Shown in pieces: positions 24,502 to 32,000 of a stretch of 32,000 nt of DNA. The stretch lies in the NCBI RefSeq assembly GCF_000011805.1, contig NC_006840.2; one strand, 5' to 3'. The position numbers and the translations under genes are program-made. Below the pieces are notes generated by a model. It was given only the letters and a program-made list of their open reading frames with translations. It was not told the DNA's origin and ran no database searches. Position 1 is the stretch's first letter; the number at the start of each line of letters is the position of its first letter. The stretch is from Aliivibrio fischeri ES114. Lineage in GTDB: Bacteria > Pseudomonadota > Gammaproteobacteria > Enterobacterales > Vibrionaceae.

Positions 24502-25063
24502 TTGGGTAATTTTAGCGGGTGGGCAAGCTCGTCGTATGGGTGGAAAAGATAAAGGGTTTGTTTTATTTCAAGATAAAGCACTCATCGAGCACGCTCTAGA
24601 CACATTGACATCTCAAACTGACCAAATTGCCATTAATGCTAATCGCAGTATTGAAGAATACTCACGTTACGCTGTCACCTTCCCTGACCAATTTAGTGAA
24701 TACCCAGGGCCTTTAGCGGGTATGCATTCTGGTCTTGTAAATATGAATTCTGACTGGGTTGGGTTTATTCCATGTGATTCCCCTAACCTACCAAACAATT
24801 TAGTTTCTTTGCTTTGTAATGCCGTCAAAGAAGATACTGATATTGTGGTAGCTCACGATGGTGAGTACATGCAACCGGTTGTCACTTTAATGCACAAACG
24901 TATTATTCCAAAAATTGATGCCTTTTTAACGCGTGGAGACAGAAAAATCATCCTATTATACAAAGAGTGTAATACTGTATTTGCTGATTTCTCTGACTAC
25001 CCTAACGCGTTTATCAATTTGAATAGTCCTCAAGAACTTGAACAATTTGGAACTTTATTATGA
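24479..25063 (+). CDS. mobA: Molybdenum cofactor guanylyltransferase
   Basis: VILAGGQARRMGGKDKGF, YPGPLAGM and PCDSP align with E. coli MobA. Starting at ATG 24479 after AAGGA gives 194 aa, the E. coli length. The gene overlaps the tupC 3' end by 23 nt. Confidence 0.9.
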   Translation: MLQPKQTSWVILAGGQARRMGGKDKGFVLFQDKALIEHALDTLTSQTDQIAINANRSIEEYSRYAVTFPDQFSEYPGPLAGMHSGLVNMNSDWVGFIPCDSPNLPNNLVSLLCNAVKEDTDIVVAHDGEYMQPVVTLMHKRIIPKIDAFLTRGDRKIILLYKECNTVFADFSDYPNAFINLNSPQELEQFGTLL

Positions 25064-26841
25064 GCTTAACGTCTGCGTCTATCCCTCTATTGGGTTTTGC
25101 TGCTTATAGCGGCACAGGTAAAACAACATTACTTGAAAAACTGCTGCCTAAACTGACTGATATGGGACTAAAAGTCGCAGTCATTAAACACGCTCATCAT
25201 AATTTTGATATCGACCAAGAAGGCAAAGACAGCTACCGCTTACGTAAAGCGGGCGCTAGCCAAATGTTGATCAGTTCACGTTTTCGCAATGCCTTGATCA
25301 CTGAAACCCCCGATGAAGAAACAACATGTCAGCAGTTAATCAATAAACTCGATCAAACTGAATTAGACTTAATTCTTATTGAAGGGTTTAAACAACTACC
25401 ATCCACCAAGATTGAATTGCATCGTAATGAAATCGGCAAGCCTTGGATTTTCCCAGAAGATGAAAACATCATTGCGATTGCCTCGGATTTAAAAGCCGAC
25501 TCTGAACTGCCTCAAATGGACATCAATGATACCGATTCAATCACGCAATTCATTGTTGACTACGTCAAACAACATCAGCATAAACAGCAAAGTGACCTAT
25601 CCGCCAACTGCGATGAGTTATCCCCTGCGTTTTTATCTGTTAGTCAAGGCAGAGCTAAGATTTTAGAGGCGATCACTCCACTAAATTCACAAAGTGATGT
25701 CTCTTTAGTTGAGTCGATTAATGCATTAGCCGCTCAAGATATTTTATCACCGATTAATGTTCCCCAACATAACAATTCAGCAATGGATGGCTATGTGATT
25801 TGTGGTGATGATTTAGAGTGTGAAAGCTATACGGTCGTTGCCGAAATCATGGCAGGTCACAGCTATGATCGCCCTCTTCAACATGGTGAAGCAGCTAAAA
25901 TCATGACGGGGGCGCCAGTACCTGAAAATGGTCATGCCGTGATCATGCGAGAACAAGCGACTCAAGAAGGTGATCAAGTACGCTTCGATGCGGGTAAATC
26001 AGGCATTCGTAAAGGCCAAAATGTTCGTCTAGCCGGTGAAGATCTGGCTATCGATCAGATCTGTGTGGCTAAAGGTTCACGTATTACAGCACCTGAAGTG
26101 GGTATGCTTGCGTCTTTAGGCATTGCTTCTGTTCCTGTTATCGCTAAAACAAAAGTAGCTATCTTCTCGACTGGCGATGAAGTTCAAGCACCAGGTGAAG
26201 CACAAAAAGCCAACTCTATTTACGACTCAAACCGTTTTACTTTAACGGCATTACTGCAAAAATTAGGCTGTGAAGTGATTGATTTCGGTATCATTGAAGA
26301 CAGTGAAGCCGCTTTAGAATCAACGCTTTCTCAAGCATCACAACAAGCAGATATGATTTTATCTTCTGGTGGTGTGTCGGTTGGTGATGCGGACTACATC
26401 AAAACGATTTTAGACAAACTGGGCAATATTAATTTCTGGCGTATCAATATGCGTCCGGGACGCCCTCTTGCCTTTGGTCATATTGGTGATACGCCATTCT
26501 TCGGTTTACCGGGTAACCCTGTAGCAGTAATGGTGGCGTTCTTACAGTTTGTCGAGCCTGCACTTCGCAAACTTCAAGGCGAAGATAATTGGCAGCCTGA
26601 AACCTTTACTGCAATTGCAAAAGAGTTTATTCGTTCTCGCACTGGCCGAACTGAATACAGCCGTGGTATTTACTCTATTAACCAAAATGGTCAAATGGAA
26701 GTCGTAACCACAGGCAAACAAGGCTCTGGTATTTTACGTTCAATGAGTGAAGCCAACTGCTTAATTGAAGTGCAACCAGAAGTTGAGTCGGTAGATATTG
26801 GTCAGAAAGTGACGATCATTCCGTTGAGTTCGAGAGTGTAG
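25060..26841 (+). CDS. mobB/moeA: Fused MobB (MGD biosynthesis adaptor, P-loop) / MoeA (molybdopterin molybdenumtransferase)
   Basis: The N-terminal ~170 aa align with E. coli MobB (LLGFAAYSGTGKTTLLEKL...KDSYRLRKAGA). The remaining ~410 aa align with MoeA (NSAMDGY, MTGAPVP, SSGGVSVGDADY, GLPGNPV). It is one uninterrupted frame with no in-frame ATG at the junction, and the start forms an ATGA overlap with the mobA stop. Confidence 0.9.
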   Translation: MSLTSASIPLLGFAAYSGTGKTTLLEKLLPKLTDMGLKVAVIKHAHHNFDIDQEGKDSYRLRKAGASQMLISSRFRNALITETPDEETTCQQLINKLDQTELDLILIEGFKQLPSTKIELHRNEIGKPWIFPEDENIIAIASDLKADSELPQMDINDTDSITQFIVDYVKQHQHKQQSDLSANCDELSPAFLSVSQGRAKILEAITPLNSQSDVSLVESINALAAQDILSPINVPQHNNSAMDGYVICGDDLECESYTVVAEIMAGHSYDRPLQHGEAAKIMTGAPVPENGHAVIMREQATQEGDQVRFDAGKSGIRKGQNVRLAGEDLAIDQICVAKGSRITAPEVGMLASLGIASVPVIAKTKVAIFSTGDEVQAPGEAQKANSIYDSNRFTLTALLQKLGCEVIDFGIIEDSEAALESTLSQASQQADMILSSGGVSVGDADYIKTILDKLGNINFWRINMRPGRPLAFGHIGDTPFFGLPGNPVAVMVAFLQFVEPALRKLQGEDNWQPETFTAIAKEFIRSRTGRTEYSRGIYSINQNGQMEVVTTGKQGSGILRSMSEANCLIEVQPEVESVDIGQKVTIIPLSSRV

Positions 26842-26864
26842 ATACCTCTTATCCAAATGATTAT

Positions 26865-26900
26865 AAACAGGCCTATTTTACAACTAGGCCTGTTTTCTTT
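26865..26900 (+). terminator. Rho-independent terminator of the tup-mob-moeA operon
   Basis: Stem AAACAGGCCT (26865-26874) / AGGCCTGTTT (26886-26895), followed by TCTTTTC. Confidence 0.8.
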
Positions 26901-26978
26901 TCTAATCACTTTATCCAATCCCATGTTGATGGTATAAAGTGCCTAAAATACTGTGTTCTAAAATTATAAGGCTCCAAG

Positions 26979-27311
26979 ATGTCTAAAATGTTCTTCAAAG
27001 GTCGTATCGAGACTCGTCAAAACCACGTTCTTTCTGGTTACAACACTAAACGTGACGTTAAGTTAGGTACTGAAGAAGCACCATTAACTCTAGTTGTTCA
27101 AACTGAAGAGCGTAAAATCGAAGTTGAAGCCCAAGTTGCTGAGCATAAATTGTTTGCTAACATTGAAGTGAATGCAGAGAAAGAAGAAAATATTCTTGAG
27201 CTTGAAGGCGTATTAAACAAGCCTAAGACAACTCGCTTTGAGAAAACACCTAACCGCAACGATCCTTGTTCTTGTGGTAGCGGTAAGAAATACAAAAAAT
27301 GCTGCGCTTAA
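26979..27311 (+). CDS. Small SEC-C motif (zinc-binding) protein
   Basis: 110-aa ORF ending in the SecA-C-terminus-like metal-binding motif DPCSCGSGKKYKKCC. Confidence 0.75.
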   Translation: MSKMFFKGRIETRQNHVLSGYNTKRDVKLGTEEAPLTLVVQTEERKIEVEAQVAEHKLFANIEVNAEKEENILELEGVLNKPKTTRFEKTPNRNDPCSCGSGKKYKKCCA

Positions 27312-27361
27312 TAGCTAATTAACGTTAAGTTACTTAATTAAATCTAAGCGCATTACAAAAA

Positions 27362-27407
27362 AGAGCCTCTGTTTATCTGTTACTAATAACAAACAACATG
27401 AGGCTCT
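27362..27407. terminator. Bidirectional terminator between the SEC-C gene and nagK
   Basis: Outer stem AGAGCCTC (27362-27369) / GAGGCTCT (27400-27407), flanked by an A-run upstream and TTTTTG downstream. Confidence 0.7.
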
Positions 27408-27443
27408 TTTTGTATCTAAATTTCTATCTTATTTTTGTAGAAC

Positions 27444-28355
27444 TTAGTCTTTAATATTCAAGAATGCTGCACCACGCACACCACCAGAATCACCGTGCTT
27501 CGCTTTAATAATACGAGGAACGCGACCTACTGATAATAAATGTTTTGGTAAACGCTTTGGTAGCTCTTCGTAAATCAACTCAAAGTTAGATAAACCACCA
27601 CCAAGAGCGACAACGTGTGGGTCAAAACAAGTAAATAAATTAGCGAAACAGATTGCTAAGAGCTCCATGAAACGATCAACATGTTCTACTGCATTCGCAT
27701 CACCTTCAGCATGAGCTTTAATAATATCAATCGCTTTCTTTTGCTCACCATAGTAATGCGCGTAAAGCAGCTCAAAGCCACGTCCAGAAAGGTAGTTATC
27801 AATACAGCCTTTGTTACCACAGCCACATTCAAGTAATGGTGCGTTTTCACCTAAATGAAACCATGCATCAATAGGTAAACGTGAATGACCTAATTCACCA
27901 GCAACATGGCTGTAACCCGAGAAGGCCTTACCATCAAAAATTAAACCACCACCAAAACCAGTCCCTAGAATTAATCCCATCACTGATGGTGAATCTTTTA
28001 ACTCTTCATCCCATGCTTCTGATAATGCAAAACAGTTAGCATCGTTATCAATTTTTACTGAACGACCAATTTTTGCTTCTAAATCTTTACGTAAAAATTG
28101 CCCTTTTGCAGCCGGAACATTACTTGTTAATAAAGCACCAGTTTCAGCATCTTCCATTCCCGGAATACCTAAACCGACTTTACCTTCAACGCCAAACTCT
28201 GCATCATACTTTGCAATCAATGATGCAATATCATCAACTAATAACGAGTAATTTTCAGTTTGTGTTGGAATTCGCTCAGTTGCGACACGCTCAAGTTTTT
28301 CATTAAACGCACCAAACTCAATCTTGGTTCCACCCACATCAAAACCGTAGTACAT
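27444..28355 (-). CDS. nagK: N-acetyl-D-glucosamine kinase (ROK family)
   Basis: 303 aa, collinear with E. coli NagK. Shared motifs are [47 protein letters not shown] and [13 protein letters not shown]. Confidence 0.92.
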   Translation of the reverse strand: MYYGFDVGGTKIEFGAFNEKLERVATERIPTQTENYSLLVDDIASLIAKYDAEFGVEGKVGLGIPGMEDAETGALLTSNVPAAKGQFLRKDLEAKIGRSVKIDNDANCFALSEAWDEELKDSPSVMGLILGTGFGGGLIFDGKAFSGYSHVAGELGHSRLPIDAWFHLGENAPLLECGCGNKGCIDNYLSGRGFELLYAHYYGEQKKAIDIIKAHAEGDANAVEHVDRFMELLAICFANLFTCFDPHVVALGGGLSNFELIYEELPKRLPKHLLSVGRVPRIIKAKHGDSGGVRGAAFLNIKD

Positions 28356-28480
28356 AAGGTATCCTTGTCCTAATCTATTCTAAATTTTTATGGTGTTATC
28401 TTACCTAATTTTTAGCTATACAGACTGTGACCTATCCGATATTCATCGGTTTTTAGTGTGAATTGAACCTCAAACTGGTA

Positions 28481-29224
28481 TTAGATTTCGTTATTTACTT
28501 TCAGATTTGTACGAAATTCAATCAAACGTTTTAACCCCATACCTCGTTCTGCACCTTTTACTGGTCGCTTACTATAAAGGTAATGCTCTCGGAACAATTC
28601 AAACCAGTGCTCTAAATGTCTTGCGTTCTGTTGTTCACCAAACAGATCAAGTACCAAGCTAGCAACTTCTGCAGTAGCAAGTTGATGATCTTTTGAAGCT
28701 TTACGCATAATGTAATTAGAAAGCTGCTCACTCTTAAAAGAAAGAACGGGTAACTGATGTAAATATGGGCTTTTACGATACATTCTTCCTGCTTCACGCC
28801 AACTACCGTCTAATAAGATAAATAGTGGTGTTTTCCCTTCTTCCATAATCACTTCGTTACGCACTAATGACTTATCTTCAATTTGCTCTTCTGGGAAAAC
28901 CACAAAAGGCTGATAAGCTTCATTATTTAGCAATGCTAACATTTCTTCACTTGGCTCAGTACGCGACCAAAGATAGGCGTGCGTTTCTGGGATCACATCA
29001 GCAATCAATTTGCCTGTATTACTTGGTTTTAATACCTCTGTATCAAACATAATAAGTAAGAAAGCAGCATCTGATGTGGTTTCTGGTTGATATTCACAGA
29101 TACAGTGGTCTTTATGAACTTGGCAAAATTCACAGCGATTCACATTCGCCCCTCTTGCATTAAAAGGTTTAGAAGAACGAGCTAATCTTTCTTTATGTAA
29201 CTGGTGAACTTTATGAATGCGCAT
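28481..29224 (-). CDS. tapT: DTW-domain tRNA-uridine aminocarboxypropyltransferase (YfiP/TapT-like)
   Basis: From ATG 29224 the protein reads MRIHKVHQLHKERLARSSKPFNARGANVNRCEFC...FLLIMFDTEVLKPSNTGKLIAD...LFILLDGSWREAGRMYRKSPYL and aligns along E. coli YfiP. The ORF-track N-terminal extension to 29425 overlaps the divergent gene and is rejected. Confidence 0.8.
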   Translation of the reverse strand: MRIHKVHQLHKERLARSSKPFNARGANVNRCEFCQVHKDHCICEYQPETTSDAAFLLIMFDTEVLKPSNTGKLIADVIPETHAYLWSRTEPSEEMLALLNNEAYQPFVVFPEEQIEDKSLVRNEVIMEEGKTPLFILLDGSWREAGRMYRKSPYLHQLPVLSFKSEQLSNYIMRKASKDHQLATAEVASLVLDLFGEQQNARHLEHWFELFREHYLYSKRPVKGAERGMGLKRLIEFRTNLKVNNEI

Positions 29225-29315
29225 GAACAACAACCAAGCAATTTTATTTATATGGAAAAAAAAGCGCATTTTACTTACAGTATGAGTAATAACAAGTTCT
29301 AAAGAGAAATTCCTA

Positions 29316-30119
29316 ATGGAAAATAATTGGATTGAATACAGTGACACGTTACGTTTTGGATTTTTTGTTACTGCTTTCATCATTTTTGCTTTGGCTGAAT
29401 ACAAATGGCCTCGTAAAGCACTCACTCAAAATAAACAGTTCCGTTGGTTAAACAATATAGGCTTAATTTTTTTCAACAGTATCGTCCTTCGTTTAACCTT
29501 ACCGTTATTAGCCGTTGATGCTGCTCTTATCGCAAATCAGGAACAATTTGGTTTATTTAATTACCTCAATACGCCTACTTTCTTAACGATTCTCTTATCC
29601 ATTTTATTATTGGATTGGCTGATTTATTGGCAACACCGAGCGTTTCACCGCATTCCTTTACTGTGGCGATTACATCGTATGCATCACTCAGATCAAGATA
29701 TTGATGTCACAACAGGTACACGCTTTCATCCCATTGAAATTATTCTCTCTATGTTGATTAAAATCGCAGCGATAGGATTACTTGGTATTCCAGTTGAAGC
29801 CGTCATTATTTTTGAAATCATTTTGAATGTCAGCGCGATGTTTAATCACAGTAATTTATTTATCCCACGTACACTTGATCGATACATTCGAGGCTTATTA
29901 GTAACTCCTGATTTTCATAGAGTGCACCACTCTGTTCACATCTCTGAAATGCATAATAATTATGGTTTCTTTTTATCTATTTGGGACCGAATTGGAAATA
30001 CTTATTTAGTAAAGCCCATTGATGGTCATGAGGATATGAAGATTGGATTGGGATTTTTCAGAAAAGAAAGAGAACAGCGCTTAGATAAAATGCTGACCCA
30101 ACCCTTTAGAAAGAAATAA
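29316..30119 (+). CDS. Fatty acid hydroxylase / sterol desaturase family membrane protein
   Basis: 267-aa membrane ORF with the di-iron histidine boxes HRAFH, HRMHHSD and HRVHH. Confidence 0.8.
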   Translation: MENNWIEYSDTLRFGFFVTAFIIFALAEYKWPRKALTQNKQFRWLNNIGLIFFNSIVLRLTLPLLAVDAALIANQEQFGLFNYLNTPTFLTILLSILLLDWLIYWQHRAFHRIPLLWRLHRMHHSDQDIDVTTGTRFHPIEIILSMLIKIAAIGLLGIPVEAVIIFEIILNVSAMFNHSNLFIPRTLDRYIRGLLVTPDFHRVHHSVHISEMHNNYGFFLSIWDRIGNTYLVKPIDGHEDMKIGLGFFRKEREQRLDKMLTQPFRKK

Positions 30120-30126
30120 ACAAAAA

Positions 30127-30148
30127 AAGGCGATCCGAAGATCGCCTT
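30127..30148. terminator. Bidirectional Rho-independent terminator
   Basis: Stem AAGGCGATC (30127-30135) / GATCGCCTT (30140-30148) with loop CGAA. An A7 run lies upstream and T-rich TTTTATTT downstream, between convergent genes. Confidence 0.85.
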
Positions 30149-30192
30149 TTTTATTTATAGATTATGTATTTCTAGCTAAATTTCTATATTGA

Positions 30193-31785
30193 TTATGGTG
30201 TATAGAACGTAGCTGCACCAGGACCAACTGGTAGACCAAATACAAATACCCACACGTAAAACAGAACACTCCAACCAAACATAAAGCAGATTGAATAAGG
30301 CAGCATAGTTGCAATCAGAGTACCGATACCTAGATTCTTCATGTAACGTGTTGCTACAGCAAGAATAAGACCGAAGTAGCTCATCATTGGTGTAATGATG
30401 TTCGTTGTTGAATCACCAATACGGTATGCAGCTTGAATTGTTTCAGGTGCATAACCTACTAGCATTAGCATTGGAACAAAGATTGGTGCGGTTACTGCCC
30501 ATTGTGCAGACGCTGAACCGATCATTAAGTTAATGAAGCCACACATTAGGATGAATGCGAAGAATAACATAGGACCAGTAAGACCTACGTCTTGTAGGAA
30601 GCTCGCCCCACCAACCGCAATCACTTGACCAAAGTTAGTCCACTTAAAGAAAGCAACAAACTGTGCAGCAAAGAATACAAGAACAATGTACATACCCATT
30701 GACGACATTGATGTAGCCATTGCATTGATGACATCACGATCATTCTTCATTGAACCAGTCACTTTACCGTAAACAAAGCCTGGAATAGCAAAGAATACAA
30801 AAATAAAGGCAACGATACTCTTAAGGAATGGTGAACCAGCGACGGTACCAGTAGCTGAACGTAAAACACCATCTTCAGGAACAATTGTCCATGCAAGTAA
30901 TGCACTCACGACTAGAACAGCTATACCAGCTAATTTAAGACCTTTCTTTTCAACATCCGTAAGTTTACCCATCGAATCATTAGACAGATCTTCAGATGCT
31001 TCTTCATCATTGTATTTACCCAGTTTCGGCTCAACAATTTTCTCTGTTACAAATGCACCAGTGATAGCAATAAAGAAAGTAGAAACAAACATAAAGTACC
31101 AGTTTGCTTCAGGACCAACAGTATAAGTTGGGTCAATCATTTGCGCTGCAGTTTCAGTGATACCAGAAAGCAGTGGATCAACCGTACCAATAAGAAGGTT
31201 TGCAGAATAACCACCAGATACACCCGCAAACGCAGCAGCAAGACCAGCTAATGGGTGACGGCCCAATGAGTGGAAAAGCATAGCAGCAAGAGGAATAAGT
31301 ACAACATAACCAAGCTCTGATGCAGTATTTGAAATAATACCAGCAAAAACAACGGTTACAGTAACCATACGCTTAGACGCACCCATTACCATGCCACGCA
31401 TTGCCGCAGATAATAGGCCTGAATGTTCTGCAATAGCAACACCAAGCATCGCTACAAGTACGGTACCTAATGGAGCAAAACCAACAAAGTTTTTCACTAA
31501 GTTAGTTACGATCAATTGTAAACCTTCTGCATTAAACAAGCTTACAACATGGATCATCCCATCAGCGGCACGTCCTTTCGCTCCTTCTGGGCGAGGGTCC
31601 ATAACTGATAGCTCAAAATAACCTGCGATACCGGATAAAACGAGAATAGCCACACAAAAGATTGCGAAAAGAGTAATTGGGTGTGGTAGTAAGTTTCCTA
31701 GGTATTCAACAGAATCAAGAAAGCGAGTAAATAAAGGCCTTTTAGGCTGTTGTTGGTTTTGTTGTTGTGATGCAGACGAACTCAT
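30193..31785 (-). CDS. AbgT family (p-aminobenzoyl-glutamate / antimetabolite) transporter
   Basis: 530-aa polytopic ORF. The N-terminus FTRFLDSVEYLGNLLPHPITLFAIF and the overall pattern are typical of AbgT/MtrF family proteins. Confidence 0.88.
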   Translation of the reverse strand: MSSSASQQQNQQQPKRPLFTRFLDSVEYLGNLLPHPITLFAIFCVAILVLSGIAGYFELSVMDPRPEGAKGRAADGMIHVVSLFNAEGLQLIVTNLVKNFVGFAPLGTVLVAMLGVAIAEHSGLLSAAMRGMVMGASKRMVTVTVVFAGIISNTASELGYVVLIPLAAMLFHSLGRHPLAGLAAAFAGVSGGYSANLLIGTVDPLLSGITETAAQMIDPTYTVGPEANWYFMFVSTFFIAITGAFVTEKIVEPKLGKYNDEEASEDLSNDSMGKLTDVEKKGLKLAGIAVLVVSALLAWTIVPEDGVLRSATGTVAGSPFLKSIVAFIFVFFAIPGFVYGKVTGSMKNDRDVINAMATSMSSMGMYIVLVFFAAQFVAFFKWTNFGQVIAVGGASFLQDVGLTGPMLFFAFILMCGFINLMIGSASAQWAVTAPIFVPMLMLVGYAPETIQAAYRIGDSTTNIITPMMSYFGLILAVATRYMKNLGIGTLIATMLPYSICFMFGWSVLFYVWVFVFGLPVGPGAATFYTP

Positions 31786-31903
31786 CTGTAACTCCTTGTT
31801 TTTGACCTACCTTAAATAAATCATATTAAACGTTAGAAACAATGAACAATATTGTGTGATTTAGTTAAAAGTAAGTACATCCAAAATTCACAGAAAGGTT
31901 ACT

Positions 31904-31918
31904 TGATTGTTACAATCA
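31904..31918. promoter_or_regulatory. Perfect 7-1-7 palindrome upstream of the AbgT-family gene, a candidate operator
   Basis: TGATTGT-T-ACAATCA at 31904-31918, about 120 bp upstream of the start codon at 31785. Confidence 0.3.
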
Positions 31919-32000
31919 TTAAAAGAGCAAAATGTCACAAAGTATTTCAAATGTAGTTAATTTGACCAGTTTAACATCACAAAACAAAACTTTTGATTAA

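Noticed and set aside
28365-28375. The 11-mer TTGTCCTAATC, identical to part of the tupA upstream motif (22073-22083), occurs just upstream of nagK.
   Set aside because: It is a single copy on the opposite strand relative to nagK, and its complement (GATTAGGACAAGGA) overlaps the nagK ribosome-binding region. No -24/-12 element is nearby. It is most likely coincidence in AT-rich sequence.
591-31621. About 25 short ORFs (60-104 aa) in the ORF track lie antisense to, or nested within, the long genes. Examples are 591-791, 2015-2197, 5239-5460, 5614-5880, 7472-7696, 8349-8561, 12524-12781, 13726-13980, 19336-19557, 21170-21484, 23447-23752, 24093-24383, 28073-28306 and 31391-31621.
   Set aside because: They are shadow ORFs inside well-supported genes. 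They have no SD and show biased, low-complexity composition. Several mirror the Pro/Thr or Gly/Val repeats of the opposite strand.
1-32000. I looked for CRISPR arrays, tRNA/rRNA genes, insertion sequences, integrases, toxin-antitoxin pairs, and defence-island hallmarks (reverse transcriptase, nucleases, STAND or AAA+ ATPases other than the NtrC-type regulator).
   Set aside because: I could recognise none by eye. There are no regularly spaced long repeats, no transposase or integrase-like ORFs and no terminal inverted repeats. The only AAA+ protein is a canonical sigma54 activator.

Overview
AT-rich gammaproteobacterial chromosomal segment. Protein families and the tup-mob-moeA-nagK gene order look Vibrionaceae-like, possibly Aliivibrio or Vibrio; this is inference, since no search was possible. 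I support about 27 protein-coding genes and found no rRNA, tRNA, CRISPR array, integrase, transposase or phage genes. All family calls come from reading motifs in the supplied translations.

Gene content, left to right:
- 1-224: truncated GNAT gene.
- 369-2612: tandem-domain U32 Fe-S protein.
- 2784-3428: GST-like gene.
- 3425-6793: minus-strand run of GNAT, GNAT, a possibly frameshifted small ORF, sseA, an SDR-like gene and GNAT.
- 6976-8667: secreted GH19 chitinase with two chitin-binding modules.
- 8713-11331: four AT-rich orphan genes.
- 11440-12996: BCCT transporter.
- 13338-15802: PepSY / OmpR-type response regulator / histidine kinase operon, convergent with the next operon.
- 15822-17851: GT2 glycosyltransferase / DedA::LssY_C operon.
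- 18082-18264: 60-aa ORF.
- 18509-21975: large-periplasmic-domain histidine kinase and NtrC-type sigma54 activator.
- 22257-26841: divergent tupABC-mobA-mobB::moeA operon.
- 26979-31785: SEC-C protein, nagK, DTW-domain tapT/yfiP, a fatty-acid hydroxylase family gene and an AbgT-family transporter.

Two candidate regulatory systems stand out:
1. An identical ATTCAT-N5-ATTCAT direct repeat lies in front of the PepSY/RR/HK operon and again in the divergent promoter region of the GT2-DedA::LssY_C operon. This suggests one uncharacterised envelope or lipid-carrier module under that two-component system.
2. A textbook -24/-12 sigma54 promoter (TGGCAT-N5-TTGCT) with upstream repeated motifs precedes tupA. 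This suggests a sigma54 two-component system controls tungstate/molybdate uptake and molybdopterin-guanine-dinucleotide cofactor maturation.
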